Of a stretch of DNA of 64,000 nt, positions 9,186 through 20,382 are shown one piece after another; positions within the stretch are counted from its first letter, which is position 1, and each line of letters starts with the position of its first letter. This DNA comes from Escherichia phage UPEC01. The position numbers were made by a program, and so were the translations under genes. The stretch lies in the sequence record MW233709; one strand, 5' to 3'. The notes under the pieces are model-generated. The model did not search any database, was not told the DNA's origin, and saw only the letters and a program-made list of their open reading frames with translations.

Positions 9186-9463
9186 TGTTTGTCGTTCATA
9201 CTATTTCTGACCGTGGCCCAACTACCACGATGGATTACGGTCATGTTAACCAGTTTATTCGTCATGTGAATCATAATTACTCGTTTGATATTAATCCGGC
9301 TAAAGATAATCCTGTTTGGCGGGAATGTGTTGAACAAGGATTTATCTATGTTCACTTCATGACTAAAATGAAACCAGATGGTGCAACTAAATTTGTGCTC
9401 ACTTATCATAAGCGTCTGGATTTGCTTTTGGAAGACGTGGCATATAATAGAGTCAACGACTAA
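9182..9463 (+). CDS. hypothetical protein (30.1 position)
   Basis: 93-aa ORF immediately upstream of DNA ligase. Confidence 0.45.
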   Translation: MMFVVHTISDRGPTTTMDYGHVNQFIRHVNHNYSFDINPAKDNPVWRECVEQGFIYVHFMTKMKPDGATKFVLTYHKRLDLLLEDVAYNRVND

Positions 9464-9466
9464 GAG

Positions 9467-11014
9467 GTGATTATGATTTTAGATATTTTAAATGAAATTG
9501 CTGCAACCGATTCTACTAAAGAGAAACAAGCTATTCTGGAATCGTATTCTGATAATGAAACCCTTAAACGCGTGTATCGTTTGACATATTCCAAAGGCAT
9601 CCAGTTCTATATCAAGAAATGGCCAAAACCTGGGGCAACGTCTCAAAGCTTTGGCATGTTGAATATCGATGATATGCTTGACTTTATCGAATTCACATTA
9701 GCCGCGCGTAAATTAACAGGTAATGCTGCAATCGAGGAATTATCTGGCTATATTGCTGATGGTAAAAAAGCAGATGTTGAAGTCCTGCGCCGTGTGATGA
9801 TGCGTGACCTGGAATGTGGTGCATCCGTATCGATTGCGAATAAAGTTTGGAAAGGTTTAATTCCTGAGCAGCCACAGATGCTCGCTTCTTCTTATGATGA
9901 AGCAGGTATTGCCAAGAACATTAAGTTCCCGGCCTTTGCACAATTGAAAGCCGATGGCGCCAGGTGTTTTGCAGAAGTTCGTGGCGATGAGTTGGATGAT
10001 GTTCGATTGCTATCCCGAGCTGGTAACGAATACCTTAAGCTTGACCTCCTTAAAAAGGAATTGATTGAAGCTACCCGTGAAGCGCGTGAGAGACATCCTG
10101 AGGGCGTTTTAATTGATGGCGAGTTAGTATACCATGAACAGAAAGTAGCTCCCCAGAATGACGGTTTGGGCTTCCTTTTTGACGATATGCCTGAGCTTAG
10201 CAAAGCAAAAGAATTTGCAGAATTTGCAGAATCAAGAACCTTTTCAAATGGGCTGGCAAACAAATCATTGAAAGGAACTATTTCTGCAACAGAAGCTTCT
10301 TGCATGAAATTTCAGGTTTGGGATTATGTTCCACTGATTGAAGTCTATTCTGATGTTAAGATTCTCAATCCATTGAAATATGATGTGCGTTTTTCTGTTC
10401 TGGAAAAAATGATTGCAGATAACGTGGTGCTGCATGGTTTCGACCGCATGATTCTGATTGAAAACCATGTTGTTAACAATCTCGATGAAGCGAAGGTTAT
10501 CTATAAGAAATATGTGGATGAAGGCCTTGAAGGTATTATCCTTAAGAACATGGCATCGATTTGGGAAAACAAGCGCTCAAAGAACTTGTACAAGTTCAAA
10601 GAAGTAATTGACATTGCAATGGAAATCATTGGATATTACGAGCACGATAAAGACCCGAATAAGATTGGCGGTGTTGTGCTTCGTTCTTCTTGTGGTAAGA
10701 TTACAAATAACTGTGGTTCTGGCTTTAAAGACACAACTCAAGTTAAAGATAAGAAAACCAAAAAATGGGTTACTATTCCGATTGAGGAGCGTCATGAAAT
10801 GGACCGTGAAGCCTTGATGGTTAAAGCTCGTAAAGGTGAATTGGTTGGAATGATTGCCGACTGTGAATGTAATGGTTGGTTGACTTCCGAGACTCGTAAA
10901 GATAATACGGTTGCATTGTTCCTGCCGATTATCAAAGGGTTCCGTTTCGATAAAGACCATGCAGACACATTCGAAGATGTATTTGGCGACTGGGCAAAGA
11001 CCGGGTTAAAATAA
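9467..11014 (+). CDS. 30: ATP-dependent DNA ligase (gp30)
   Basis: 515 aa; adenylation motif KADGARC; N-terminus MILDILNEIAA... and overall sequence closely match recalled T4 DNA ligase. Confidence 0.95.
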   Translation: MIMILDILNEIAATDSTKEKQAILESYSDNETLKRVYRLTYSKGIQFYIKKWPKPGATSQSFGMLNIDDMLDFIEFTLAARKLTGNAAIEELSGYIADGKKADVEVLRRVMMRDLECGASVSIANKVWKGLIPEQPQMLASSYDEAGIAKNIKFPAFAQLKADGARCFAEVRGDELDDVRLLSRAGNEYLKLDLLKKELIEATREARERHPEGVLIDGELVYHEQKVAPQNDGLGFLFDDMPELSKAKEFAEFAESRTFSNGLANKSLKGTISATEASCMKFQVWDYVPLIEVYSDVKILNPLKYDVRFSVLEKMIADNVVLHGFDRMILIENHVVNNLDEAKVIYKKYVDEGLEGIILKNMASIWENKRSKNLYKFKEVIDIAMEIIGYYEHDKDPNKIGGVVLRSSCGKITNNCGSGFKDTTQVKDKKTKKWVTIPIEERHEMDREALMVKARKGELVGMIADCECNGWLTSETRKDNTVALFLPIIKGFRFDKDHADTFEDVFGDWAKTGLK

Positions 11015-11015
11015 C

Positions 11016-11037
11016 AAAAGGGCTTCGGCCCTTTTTT
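11016..11037 (+). terminator. intrinsic terminator after DNA ligase
   Basis: GGGC-TTCG-GCCC followed by TTTTTT, A-run upstream. Confidence 0.65.
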
Positions 11038-11039
11038 AG

Positions 11040-11047
11040 TATAAATA
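11040..11047 (+). promoter_or_regulatory. late promoter TATAAATA upstream of alt
   Basis: Exact TATAAATA 25 nt upstream of alt ATG, just after ligase terminator. Confidence 0.6.
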
Positions 11048-11072
11048 CATCATATTTTATAAGGAACCTATT

Positions 11073-13133
11073 ATGTCTGAACAATTAAATGAACTCTTTG
11101 ACAAATATATCGAAGCCTTCGGTTATCCTGTCATTAATATGAACCCAAAATACAAGGTCCCACAGGTTTGGCAATTCGGTGTTCCTGGGACAAATTCTCT
11201 TATGGCTCGTTTGATGCAATTCACGGGCAAAGAAACGGTTAAACAATATAAACGCGGTGATGCGATTGCCGAGGTATTTCTGTTATCCGGGACTTCACAT
11301 GGCCATGCTATTCCTCTGAAGGGTGGTCTAGGTGAAAAACCTCTTGACGCGATTAACCTGATTTTTGTTACAGTCTGGGAAAGCATTAAACTAGGTAAAC
11401 CTGATGTAGTCTTGTTCCGTTTCCCATCCAAAAAGATGAAAGGACAAGACCAAGCTGTTATTCGTATTATGAATCGACTGATTCAAATGAAAACCAGCGG
11501 ACGTTATCATGTTCTTCCGAATGCTTCTGGCCTCGGTAAAAAGAACGCTTATGTAATTATGTACAAAAAGGGTGTTGACCTGCTTTCGGTTGATGGTATG
11601 CCACCAGTCCCTGAGAAATATCAAAAAGTTGAAACTAAAGTTGGCGATGTATTCACCAATAAAGATACAGGCGCGCAAGTCTCCAAACAAGAAATCGCAG
11701 CCGAAGTTCTGATTAACGCAGCAAACAAAAAGACCGACGCAGCTGTTGCCCAGAAAACTAAAATCAGTCGCCGAGCTATTGCACAAGCCCAGTACGCACC
11801 AAGTGATTCCGTGCCAGAAGGTTGGGACGAAATTGATGCAGAAGCTGCTAAGTTTAGTCGACCGGCTACGGCAGAACTTATCGATGATTATGAAGAACTG
11901 GAAATTTTTGTTCGACCTTCCGAAACGAATACTATGGCTCGTATGCGCGCCGCGGATACGGCTATGCGAGCAAATGGTGTTTGGAAAGAAGAAATTCGTG
12001 TTGAAGACTCTGACCCAATTTTTAACCGTATGCATCGTGAACTTAAACGTGCCCCAGTTGGTAGCATGAAGCAGATGCAGATTTTTGCCGAATCATGCGC
12101 AGAGATTCTTAACCTTCGCAAAGCCGCATTTATCGAAAGAAAAATGAATGATGCTCCTCCTAACCTGGATGCAGCCACTTATGCAGCCTCGCTCTGGGAA
12201 AAAGAATACACAAGCGCCATTCGTGTTGCAGTTAAAGACTTTGCCGAAGAAGCATCAGAAAATACTCTTAATTTCACAGCAGGGTATACTGACAACCGTT
12301 TCCATTATGGCCAGCGAGAAGCAATTGCAGATTATTGTGGAGCAAACTATGCCGATATTAATAATTATTTGATGGGCAAATATTATGAAGAAGAAGCTGA
12401 ATTCCTAAATCTAGACAGAGTTGTCGAAACAATTAAGGAATTGGATTCGGCCTTTGAAATTGGACATAAGTTGCCGCCTAATACAACTCTTTGGCGTGGT
12501 CAATATTTAAATGTTCCTACATTTGATAAAATTAAGCAATCGAAATTATTTTATTTCAGGAACTATGTATCAACGTCGTTTAAACCGATTATCTTTGGTG
12601 GTTGGGTGGCGAACGTTGCTATGGCTGCAGTTCATCAGGACTATCGTGATGGGACATCTTTCCAGGCTGATGACGAAATTGTTTTACCAGATATGCCGGA
12701 TGCACGCCGCGACCACGTAATGATGCATGTTGGTTGGAAAATTTCTGGGGCGGACTTAATTAACGTAATTGTTCCTGGGGAATTGTCAAGCAACCCGTCC
12801 GAGCAGGAAGTTATTCTTCCTCGTGGGACTGTAGTTAAGATTACCAAAATTACTGATGCTTCGTATCAAGGAAACGCGAACGTCAAAATGCTGGAAGCTG
12901 ATATCCAGACTACGGACCAACTGGATGAAAATGCAGTTATCTATGATGGCGATGTGTTGATGGAAACTGGTGAGCTTGTCGTTTATCAGGGCGAGGAAAC
13001 AGAAGAGCCAGTAGAATCTGTTGACTTTGCATCGTTTGCATCCTCTGGTGTAACGAAGAAAGTCAATCAAGGTCTTGGTATTCTTGCTAGTTGTATTAAT
13101 TTGGAAGCTATTCCTCCTAAATTCCTTTCGTAG
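11073..13133 (+). CDS. alt: Alt-like mono-ADP-ribosyltransferase (head-packaged)
   Basis: 686 aa; conserved KVETKVGDVFTNKDTGAQV...KISRRAIAQ region as in T4 Alt; C-terminal ART motifs YVSTSF and EQE; late promoter TATAAATA at 11040-11047. Confidence 0.88.
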   Translation: MSEQLNELFDKYIEAFGYPVINMNPKYKVPQVWQFGVPGTNSLMARLMQFTGKETVKQYKRGDAIAEVFLLSGTSHGHAIPLKGGLGEKPLDAINLIFVTVWESIKLGKPDVVLFRFPSKKMKGQDQAVIRIMNRLIQMKTSGRYHVLPNASGLGKKNAYVIMYKKGVDLLSVDGMPPVPEKYQKVETKVGDVFTNKDTGAQVSKQEIAAEVLINAANKKTDAAVAQKTKISRRAIAQAQYAPSDSVPEGWDEIDAEAAKFSRPATAELIDDYEELEIFVRPSETNTMARMRAADTAMRANGVWKEEIRVEDSDPIFNRMHRELKRAPVGSMKQMQIFAESCAEILNLRKAAFIERKMNDAPPNLDAATYAASLWEKEYTSAIRVAVKDFAEEASENTLNFTAGYTDNRFHYGQREAIADYCGANYADINNYLMGKYYEEEAEFLNLDRVVETIKELDSAFEIGHKLPPNTTLWRGQYLNVPTFDKIKQSKLFYFRNYVSTSFKPIIFGGWVANVAMAAVHQDYRDGTSFQADDEIVLPDMPDARRDHVMMHVGWKISGADLINVIVPGELSSNPSEQEVILPRGTVVKITKITDASYQGNANVKMLEADIQTTDQLDENAVIYDGDVLMETGELVVYQGEETEEPVESVDFASFASSGVTKKVNQGLGILASCINLEAIPPKFLS

Positions 13134-13135
13134 GG

Positions 13136-13165
13136 GTTTACAAGCACAAGGAAGTGCGATACAAT
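13136..13165 (+). promoter_or_regulatory. early promoter
   Basis: GTTTAC 13136-13141, 18-nt spacer, TACAAT 13160-13165; leader 3' end identical to that at 2656-2676. Confidence 0.55.
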
Positions 13166-13196
13166 GTTCATATCAATTGCACATGAGGAAAACAAA

Positions 13197-13487
13197 ATGA
13201 AATCATCTTTTCGCTTTAATGGTCAGGAACTGGTAGTTGAGAATGTTATCCCGGCTTCAGAAGAGTTTGACAGCGCGGTGGGTAATGAACTGCGGCGTGT
13301 GTTTGGCGAAGATAAGAAGTTTGACCTTCGCCCTGTTGAAAACTTTGTAAATTCTGAACAAACAGAAAATATTTTTAATGGTGTAGTAACTGGGCAACTT
13401 GAATCTGAAGCACCAATTGCAATTACAGTCTTTGCTAAGAAAGAAGTTGTAATGACTGCAGCAGGTTTCATTTCATTCCGCAAATAA
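13197..13487 (+). CDS. hypothetical early protein downstream of alt
   Basis: 96 aa from ATG 13197 with SD GAGGA; early promoter 13136-13165; terminator 13486-13516. Confidence 0.5.
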   Translation: MKSSFRFNGQELVVENVIPASEEFDSAVGNELRRVFGEDKKFDLRPVENFVNSEQTENIFNGVVTGQLESEAPIAITVFAKKEVVMTAAGFISFRK

Positions 13488-13516
13488 AAAAGGGACCTTC
13501 GGGTCCCTTTCTTTTT
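13486..13516. terminator. bidirectional intrinsic terminator (alt region + / gene 54 -)
   Basis: AAAAAA-GGGACC-TTCG-GGTCCC-TTTCTTTTT. Confidence 0.7.
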
Positions 13517-14474
13517 ATAATATACGTTGACTTCCACCAGAGACTGTTCTCCCAGAACCAGTGAACGTATTGTACAGACTTGTTAATCCAGATTGAGCAC
13601 CAGACAAGCGGCTCAATCTGGCAACTTCTGAGTTCAAGTTGTTATCTGAACTAATACCAGATACACCTTTAATAACCTTATCTTCCAACCATTCCAATGC
13701 CGCAGCTCTTCCCACCGCACCAGTTGACATAACGCGATAAGCAAAAGTCACATCAAATGTAGCTATCTGATTATCCCCTTCATAACTCAATTCAGGTGCA
13801 GATACACTTACAGGAACACAACCAGTTAACATAACAACCGTATGCGGTAACCCATTACGCGAATGAAGGTTAACCTGAATATCAGCTTCAACGTCTTCAG
13901 GCAAGGCCCTTAGCTGGGTAACTGGGTCCTGTACAGAGTTGACCCAATCGTTAAATGCTCTAAAGTTCCCTGCCTCTGAATCCATTCTAAAGCTCAATAC
14001 CAACGGAGAATATTCTCTCCCGGTTATCTTGATATTTGGTGCATTATGGTTAAGGTCCATTTCGTAGTTCAATGTGTTATCCGGAAGCTTAACAGAGTGA
14101 ACTAATAGACCAGCCGTTGGATAAGCCATATTAAAGAAATCAAGCAGGTAAGTACCAACCTCAAATTCCCCTAGTAACGATTGCACAACACGGTTACTCA
14201 TTGCCCCGATAAGATATTTGCTTATCCCTGATTTGCGAATAAGCTTTTGTGTCCCGGCAGTAACAAGAGTTGTTATCCCCTGAGTTAAGTCACCTTGTGT
14301 TAATCCGAACCAATCTGAGTTAACAGGAAGGTTACTGAATAATGCGCCACCGAACTGGTCCAGAAGATTCTGAGATTTGGAGGAAGGCGTGGTCGCGAAG
14401 ACCACACTAAAAAGGTTATTCCTCTGCAAGTCGATATTAATCGCTTGTGTTTGAAATTCTTGTAAAGTAAACAT
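13515..14474 (-). CDS. 54: baseplate tail-tube initiator (gp54)
   Basis: 319 aa; size and position match T4 gp54 in the 51-27-28-29-48-54 hub block. Confidence 0.85.
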   Translation of the reverse strand: MFTLQEFQTQAINIDLQRNNLFSVVFATTPSSKSQNLLDQFGGALFSNLPVNSDWFGLTQGDLTQGITTLVTAGTQKLIRKSGISKYLIGAMSNRVVQSLLGEFEVGTYLLDFFNMAYPTAGLLVHSVKLPDNTLNYEMDLNHNAPNIKITGREYSPLVLSFRMDSEAGNFRAFNDWVNSVQDPVTQLRALPEDVEADIQVNLHSRNGLPHTVVMLTGCVPVSVSAPELSYEGDNQIATFDVTFAYRVMSTGAVGRAAALEWLEDKVIKGVSGISSDNNLNSEVARLSRLSGAQSGLTSLYNTFTGSGRTVSGGSQRIL

Positions 14475-15568
14475 TAGAAACCTTCCGCATATAGTGAGCC
14501 ACGGTTAAGCGTAATGATTTCACGGAAAGTGATTTCAAGTACAAAAGTCGATGGCAGGTTAGGAGCAATAGCTAATCCACCGAAATGACCATCCGGAGAT
14601 TTATCGAATCTTATGCTCTGAATCTGACATGGCCCAAATAGCTCCCCACGGCCATCGTACGAGCTTGTATCACCGAAGTTGCGGATATACCAGATAGTAG
14701 GGTTAGAGACCACCAGAACGTTCGTTAGGAAGCTTGTTATCTCTTCACCGAGCAACTTGCCGTCAAAGTTATCGATTGCTTCCTTTTTGAAGGTGGATTT
14801 ATACCATGTATCGATTTTATCTTTCAGCTCGGAAGCAAACGAACTTTTACCGGTTTCCCCATAGGAGTAATAGTTAAAAATCTCGTATATCTTCACTATC
14901 TGGATTAAGTCCTGGGCCGAACGTGGAGTCATTTCCCAGGTGTAAACTTTTGTCCTGTTATCAGGACCAGCATACATGCTTCGCGCGGTTGTGTAAATCT
15001 GTTCGCCGTGGTCGGCCATTACACCATTTGTAACTGATTCGAGGGCGCCGAAAACTGCAGTCGATGCGATGTTACTAAGAATACCTGTAGCTGAGCCGCC
15101 ACCTTTCGTAATAAGAGATTCACCAACATCGTTGAATCGGTGCGATACGGATTCTACATCAGACTTCGAACGAGGCAACAGGATATTTGCAACAGCGTTT
15201 GAATCAAAACTTTTACCTGTTGAGCCAGCGCCGGTTAATTTCGATTTAGCAAAAGATGTTAAACTTTTAACCGGGTTAAATGAAGCACCATTGGAAACTT
15301 TCTTTAATGAAGTCAATTGGCTTGACCTGTCTGAGCGTAATTCCGGAGATGTTCTTGAACTGAAATTGTATGCCGTGAATAACAGACCATTTTTATAAAG
15401 GTCATTAACTCGCATATCATCTGAAGAATCATTACCGGAAGCTCGTTCTGCTGGATATTGCGCCACAATAGTAGCTTGAGTCTGGGCAGCTTTTGACTGC
15501 CCAGCGGAGGTCTTAGAACCTCCGTTAAATAAACCCGCAATATCAATATCGAGTTCTTTTACTTTCAT
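14474..15568 (-). CDS. 48: baseplate tail-tube cap (gp48)
   Basis: 364 aa; synteny and size match T4 gp48. Confidence 0.85.
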   Translation of the reverse strand: MKVKELDIDIAGLFNGGSKTSAGQSKAAQTQATIVAQYPAERASGNDSSDDMRVNDLYKNGLLFTAYNFSSRTSPELRSDRSSQLTSLKKVSNGASFNPVKSLTSFAKSKLTGAGSTGKSFDSNAVANILLPRSKSDVESVSHRFNDVGESLITKGGGSATGILSNIASTAVFGALESVTNGVMADHGEQIYTTARSMYAGPDNRTKVYTWEMTPRSAQDLIQIVKIYEIFNYYSYGETGKSSFASELKDKIDTWYKSTFKKEAIDNFDGKLLGEEITSFLTNVLVVSNPTIWYIRNFGDTSSYDGRGELFGPCQIQSIRFDKSPDGHFGGLAIAPNLPSTFVLEITFREIITLNRGSLYAEGF

Positions 15569-15576
15569 GTTATTCC

Positions 15577-17322
15577 TTAGTTAATTCTCGTGGCCTGTCT
15601 CATGCCAGGGGCAGGGGTTGAACTTTGAGGAGGCATATTGTATTGCGTCCTGGAAGTCTTCTGAATATTATTGACCGTGTTAATTTGTGCCTGAGCTGGT
15701 ACATCCTTGTATTTATTTTCTTTGGCCTTCATGCCTTCGTCAACCTTCGCAGCTTGTTGTGCATCCGGAGAAGTCTTAACATCCGGCGGTTTAACTTTCG
15801 GTTCGTCTTTGAACTTCTCGAGAGACTTATCAAGTTTTTCCAACAGGGCGCGCATATTCAGGTCTTTCGGAGCCCCACCTTTTGCCATAGCTGGGTCAGC
15901 TAATTGTTTTTCAATTTTAGCTCTCATTTCCATCGCATTCTTTTTATCGGTTGCGTCTGGCTTCATTAGGTTGTCAGCAGTTTGGGTCAAACGAATAATA
16001 TCAGCCTGTGCTTTGTCACGCTTCTTGAAATAGTCCAGACGTTCTTCTTCTGGAAGGTCTCTGAAGCTTGTGTCAATACCACCCGCGCGAAGCTGGTCAG
16101 CTTGTTCCTTGGTAAGGTTACCATATTTTTCGGCTTGATTAATTAGTTCAGGTTTATCCTTATACTTCTTATTCATCTTCTCTGCAGCTTCCATTGCTTC
16201 GGCCGAACGTTTGTCATGATATTTTGCTATCTTGGTTTGGTCTTCATCATCCAGAGTTGCCCCTGTATTTTGCTGATAAGACATCAAAGCTGAGGCTTCC
16301 ACATTATCTGCTAAATCGCCCATCCCAGGGATTTTGCTTAAGATAGCTGAAATCAGTTTCGAAATACCAAGCATAAGAAGTTGAGCCATGTTCTTCGTTA
16401 AGTTGACCATTCCGCGAATAATCGCTTCGGCTAATCCTAACCAGTTCCTTTCACTAAACATCGCTTCGGCGTTCTTAGCCCAAGTCATTAGTCCTTCAAG
16501 CAACGGTCCCCATTCTTTGAACTTATCATTAAATTCGGCCCAGCCTTTTTCGAATTGCTTCATGAAATATTGGAAGTAAACTCGTATTGCATCGATACCG
16601 AATACCAACAACAATAATCCACCAATAAGCTTGGCTGCTTCGGCTGCTGCCGTAATTGTATATTTGAATAGCATCCCGGAGATTCGGTCAGCTACAGAAA
16701 TCGATGCCTTAAATCCTTTTTCGGTTATCTTCGAAAGGGTATCAAGCTTATCACCAAGTGACCAGGTATTAGTCTCTTTACCTTCTGCATCGTTTTTTGG
16801 CTGTTCTGGTTCCGGAATGAAGTCTGCATCGGGCTTTTTTTCTTCTGGCGGTATGAGCGCTGGAACGCTCGCTGTGGGCTTATTCTCTTCAGGCTCTGGT
16901 AGTGCATCCTCCACAGGTTTAAGGCTTTCAGAACCAGCCACAGGAGACGTGACGCCTATTTTACCGCTTATCATTGCACTGAGTTTGTCGAGCTTATCCG
17001 AGAGAATATCCGTGAGGTTTTTAATCCCTTGTTGAGTCTTCTCGGTGGCTTCGGCCGTTAGTTCGACCCCAGCACTGATATCCTGGAGGACCCCATTGTT
17101 GGTCTGGATATTCTCAATAATCTGATTACCCTTATCCTCAATAGCTTCCGATACAAGTTCGGTTGCAGCTTGAGTATTTGTAAGAGTTGTATTCAGATTC
17201 GATAATTCATCATTCTGTTCAGCAGAGAGGGCTTCCGCCCTCCTTTGTGGTGCTAATTCTTCGATAAGCTTTTTATTAGGTCCACCGCGTCTGAAGCTCG
17301 TTTGTTCGGAGTTTTTATTCAT
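15577..17322 (-). CDS. 29: baseplate hub subunit / tail length determinator (gp29)
   Basis: 581 aa, extended low-complexity helical protein; synteny with T4 gp29. Confidence 0.85.
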   Translation of the reverse strand: MNKNSEQTSFRRGGPNKKLIEELAPQRRAEALSAEQNDELSNLNTTLTNTQAATELVSEAIEDKGNQIIENIQTNNGVLQDISAGVELTAEATEKTQQGIKNLTDILSDKLDKLSAMISGKIGVTSPVAGSESLKPVEDALPEPEENKPTASVPALIPPEEKKPDADFIPEPEQPKNDAEGKETNTWSLGDKLDTLSKITEKGFKASISVADRISGMLFKYTITAAAEAAKLIGGLLLLVFGIDAIRVYFQYFMKQFEKGWAEFNDKFKEWGPLLEGLMTWAKNAEAMFSERNWLGLAEAIIRGMVNLTKNMAQLLMLGISKLISAILSKIPGMGDLADNVEASALMSYQQNTGATLDDEDQTKIAKYHDKRSAEAMEAAEKMNKKYKDKPELINQAEKYGNLTKEQADQLRAGGIDTSFRDLPEEERLDYFKKRDKAQADIIRLTQTADNLMKPDATDKKNAMEMRAKIEKQLADPAMAKGGAPKDLNMRALLEKLDKSLEKFKDEPKVKPPDVKTSPDAQQAAKVDEGMKAKENKYKDVPAQAQINTVNNIQKTSRTQYNMPPQSSTPAPGMRQATRIN

Positions 17323-17833
17323 TTAGGAGTTCCATTATTTTCAGTAACCCCTTAACAGGACCATTCGGGCCCGGGATTGCTAATGTGCTTGTTATATCGT
17401 CTGCCCACTTAGCAACAAAAGCAGGCATATCCAGAAAGTCTGGAACATCTTCCCCGAGATAAAGGGTCTCCAGGAGATTGTCAACTGGTCCGAATTCTTC
17501 ATACGGTTTATTGGAGCGGAATTTAAATGTCTTTCCTTGATAAGAGAATTCAAGGCGCTGACAGATATAAACATCATCCAGCTTATATGTAAACCCATCA
17601 ATCTCACGTTTGTCTTTTAGCTTACCATTAAATTCCAGAAGATGTAAAGATACAAAGTCGGATTCGGCTGCTGTAAGATTAGGGAATATCGATTGCATAA
17701 TCTTTCTTAATGCAACATAAGGATTAGGTTCGTTTTTAATCAGATTGTGATGCTTGAGTCCAAGCTTGGGAACGTGAATCTCTTTATCACCCAGCTGTAT
17801 TTTCTTCGTCGGCAGAATCAGTTTTAAGTTCAT
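17315..17833 (-). CDS. 28: baseplate hub distal subunit (gp28)
   Basis: Start assigned to internal ATG ([11 protein letters not shown]...), giving 172 aa; track ORF extends to 17875 overlapping gene 27. Confidence 0.75.
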   Translation of the reverse strand: MNLKLILPTKKIQLGDKEIHVPKLGLKHHNLIKNEPNPYVALRKIMQSIFPNLTAAESDFVSLHLLEFNGKLKDKREIDGFTYKLDDVYICQRLEFSYQGKTFKFRSNKPYEEFGPVDNLLETLYLGEDVPDFLDMPAFVAKWADDITSTLAIPGPNGPVKGLLKIMELLNE

Positions 17834-18956
17834 TTTTAACCTTCGGTGGTTCTTCAACTTCGATAGGCTTACCATTGGTAAACATATAGAGGTTTGTAAT
17901 TGATGTATTGTTACTCACTTCATGAATAACTTCGTCTACGTAAAAATCATATTTGAATTGGTTCTTAGGGTCAAAGAAATTTATCTTATCACCCGGGGTC
18001 AGTTCAAAGTTCCCGTATGTTTTGCAATGTGCGTAACCGTCATATTGTGACATGGTTATTAATCGCTGAGCTTCCTCGAAACCATTTCGGTATGTGTAAT
18101 CTGCATAGCCCCCGGAACGAGATACCAGAATACTGTTTTGTCCTTCCCCAAAAGTTATTCTGGTTGCGTTCTTATCAAGGAATGAATGCGCATACACGGT
18201 TGCGTTTTCATATGGTTTTCTTGTATGTTGGTTCGCCTTTGTTAACCATTCAAAATCGAAGGCTAAAGGAGTAGTCAGGTTTTGTACAAATTGCCCAACC
18301 AATCGAGGTTCCCCCACCACAAAATTAATTGGCTCTTGTGATGTTAGCCATTCATAATCCTGGATACTTATTCCATCAATATCTTCCCATACAAAAACAA
18401 ATTTATCAGTTTCTACCGACAGGCCAACTTCCCTTATGAATTCCATATATTGGTTCATCGAATCACACCATGGAACGTTAGGAGCATAAACGTTTATGCC
18501 GTTTATTGGTGGGGAAAGTAATGGTCTATCTTGATAAATTACCCCGGTCATTTCGACTAATGTTTCCTGTACGCTCGGGTAAAACATACGACTAAATTTC
18601 AAGTCTTCAATTTCGTGAATAGGAGCCAGCTGAATTGTAATTATGTTATCACCCTTTGAATCCACGGAAACAGCAAAGTGTTTACTTCCATATATTCTGG
18701 ATTGGGTTCGGTCGGAGTTAGCATTCTTAACAGAAATCTGAATAACCTGTTCACCATTCATTTTTGTATGCAGGTTTTTCGTATCATAGAATTGCAAGAG
18801 CCCCTCGTTTCTTCCATAAAGGGAATCACGCATGGTTAACGTTGTAAAGGTGGCAGCTAGTTCCACAAAACGGTGTTCAAGCCATGCATCATAATCTTCG
18901 TAAAGGCGGATGCTGATATTAGGAAAGCCTTCACGCTGCATAGATTTAACTGTCAT
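17787..18956 (-). CDS. 27: baseplate hub subunit (gp27)
   Basis: 389 aa; synteny and size match T4 gp27. Confidence 0.85.
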   Translation of the reverse strand: MTVKSMQREGFPNISIRLYEDYDAWLEHRFVELAATFTTLTMRDSLYGRNEGLLQFYDTKNLHTKMNGEQVIQISVKNANSDRTQSRIYGSKHFAVSVDSKGDNIITIQLAPIHEIEDLKFSRMFYPSVQETLVEMTGVIYQDRPLLSPPINGINVYAPNVPWCDSMNQYMEFIREVGLSVETDKFVFVWEDIDGISIQDYEWLTSQEPINFVVGEPRLVGQFVQNLTTPLAFDFEWLTKANQHTRKPYENATVYAHSFLDKNATRITFGEGQNSILVSRSGGYADYTYRNGFEEAQRLITMSQYDGYAHCKTYGNFELTPGDKINFFDPKNQFKYDFYVDEVIHEVSNNTSITNLYMFTNGKPIEVEEPPKVKNELKTDSADEENTAG

Positions 18957-19705
18957 TTTTTCAAGTCCTTCTCAACTAGTGATAAAGCAATACCTCGTTC
19001 AATAGGAATCATATGCATGATGCTATCTAGCGAATATTGATTCTTTACCAGCAAGTGGTTAATTTGATAAAATATAAAGACTTCATCCGGGTTAAGGATA
19101 AGCTTAAAGACGTCAAGCAGGTCAGTATATTCGGTTTTGTGCTTTTCACAACAGCCATATGTAAATGGAAGATAAACCGAATGCATTTTCTTAAGGAGTG
19201 CTTCGAGGCTCTCTATATCAATTGCATCGATAACCTGCATCTTTGTTTCTTCAGGGAGGTCTTCCCAATTGTATTTTTGTTCCGAGTCTTCGACGGTCTG
19301 GATGGTATTCAATACAAGCTCTGACTTATCTTTATATTCCACTTCAGGGAACTTAAACTGTATTTTTATCCCGGCGGTTTCCATCGTTGGATTTACTAAT
19401 GGACCCTGATTCATGTTAAACAAAGTCTGCTTTGTCTTTTTACATTTTTGACATTCAAACGCTACCGGGACTTTTGTCTTACCGATAGAGGAAGTGAATA
19501 CCTTCAGGAATATGTAAGGCCTCCATGCTTTTGGATATTCTCCAAAATAATCTTCCAACAGTTCGTCTAATAATTGTTTTTGTTCTTCGACGGGTTTGTT
19601 GTTCATGTCGTTTCGCACAAGCAGTAAATCACGGTAATCAGCGACTGTAAACGGTTTGAAACGATGAACTCCGTCTGGCATTTCACATCTTACGATATTG
19701 GCCAT
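18953..19705 (-). CDS. 51: baseplate hub assembly catalyst (gp51)
   Basis: 250 aa; synteny; divergent from gene 26 across a shared late-promoter region. Confidence 0.8.
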   Translation of the reverse strand: MANIVRCEMPDGVHRFKPFTVADYRDLLLVRNDMNNKPVEEQKQLLDELLEDYFGEYPKAWRPYIFLKVFTSSIGKTKVPVAFECQKCKKTKQTLFNMNQGPLVNPTMETAGIKIQFKFPEVEYKDKSELVLNTIQTVEDSEQKYNWEDLPEETKMQVIDAIDIESLEALLKKMHSVYLPFTYGCCEKHKTEYTDLLDVFKLILNPDEVFIFYQINHLLVKNQYSLDSIMHMIPIERGIALSLVEKDLKK

Positions 19706-19729
19706 AGAATCCCCTTTTATCTTTATTGA

Positions 19730-19741
19730 TATTTATAAATA
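19730..19741. promoter_or_regulatory. overlapping divergent late promoters for genes 51 and 26
   Basis: TATTTATAAATA: TATAAATA on + strand (19734-19741) and on - strand (19730-19737). Confidence 0.65.
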
Positions 19742-19758
19742 CAGTAAAGGAGCAAATT

Positions 19759-20382
19759 ATGACTTATGAATTTATTGTCCAAATTAAAAATAAAACTATA
19801 AATTGTAGGGCTTTTACCTTGCGCGAATACAAAGATTTGCTTCAGGCAAAATTAGAAAAGCGTATGGAACCTGCAATAATTGAACTGCTTAATAAATGCA
19901 CTGATGCTAAAGGGCTAAACAAACAGGAAGCCGAGCTGCTTCTTATTAATCTCTGGGCAAATAGTCTCGGAGCTGTTAACGTCGAGCATACATGGGTATG
20001 TGAGTGCGGAAAGGAACAAGATATTCCTGTGACTATAAGTCGCGCAAACATCGTGGATGAGTCTGAAGTTATTCGTGATTTCGGGGCGTTTAAAATTAAA
20101 TTCCGTTATCCTGGGCTATTTGAAGACGGTGATAAAGGAAAAATGATTGCTTGCTGTATCGAATATATTATCACGGAAGGCGGTGAGCGCATCGTTGTTG
20201 ATGACTTAAATGAAGCCGAAATCGAGGACCTGTACAATGCAATTACCCTCGATGATATAAATGCACTAACAGAAGAACTTCTCAAGCCACAGGTCCAAAT
20301 GGCTATTCCTATCTCTTGCGAGTGTGGAGCACATTCTGTCCATGTAATTAAGGGGCTTAAAGAATTCTTTAAGTTTATGTAA
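19759..20382 (+). CDS. 26: baseplate hub subunit (gp26)
   Basis: 207 aa from ATG 19759 with SD AGGAG; late promoter TATAAATA 19734-19741. Confidence 0.8.
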   Translation: MTYEFIVQIKNKTINCRAFTLREYKDLLQAKLEKRMEPAIIELLNKCTDAKGLNKQEAELLLINLWANSLGAVNVEHTWVCECGKEQDIPVTISRANIVDESEVIRDFGAFKIKFRYPGLFEDGDKGKMIACCIEYIITEGGERIVVDDLNEAEIEDLYNAITLDDINALTEELLKPQVQMAIPISCECGAHSVHVIKGLKEFFKFM

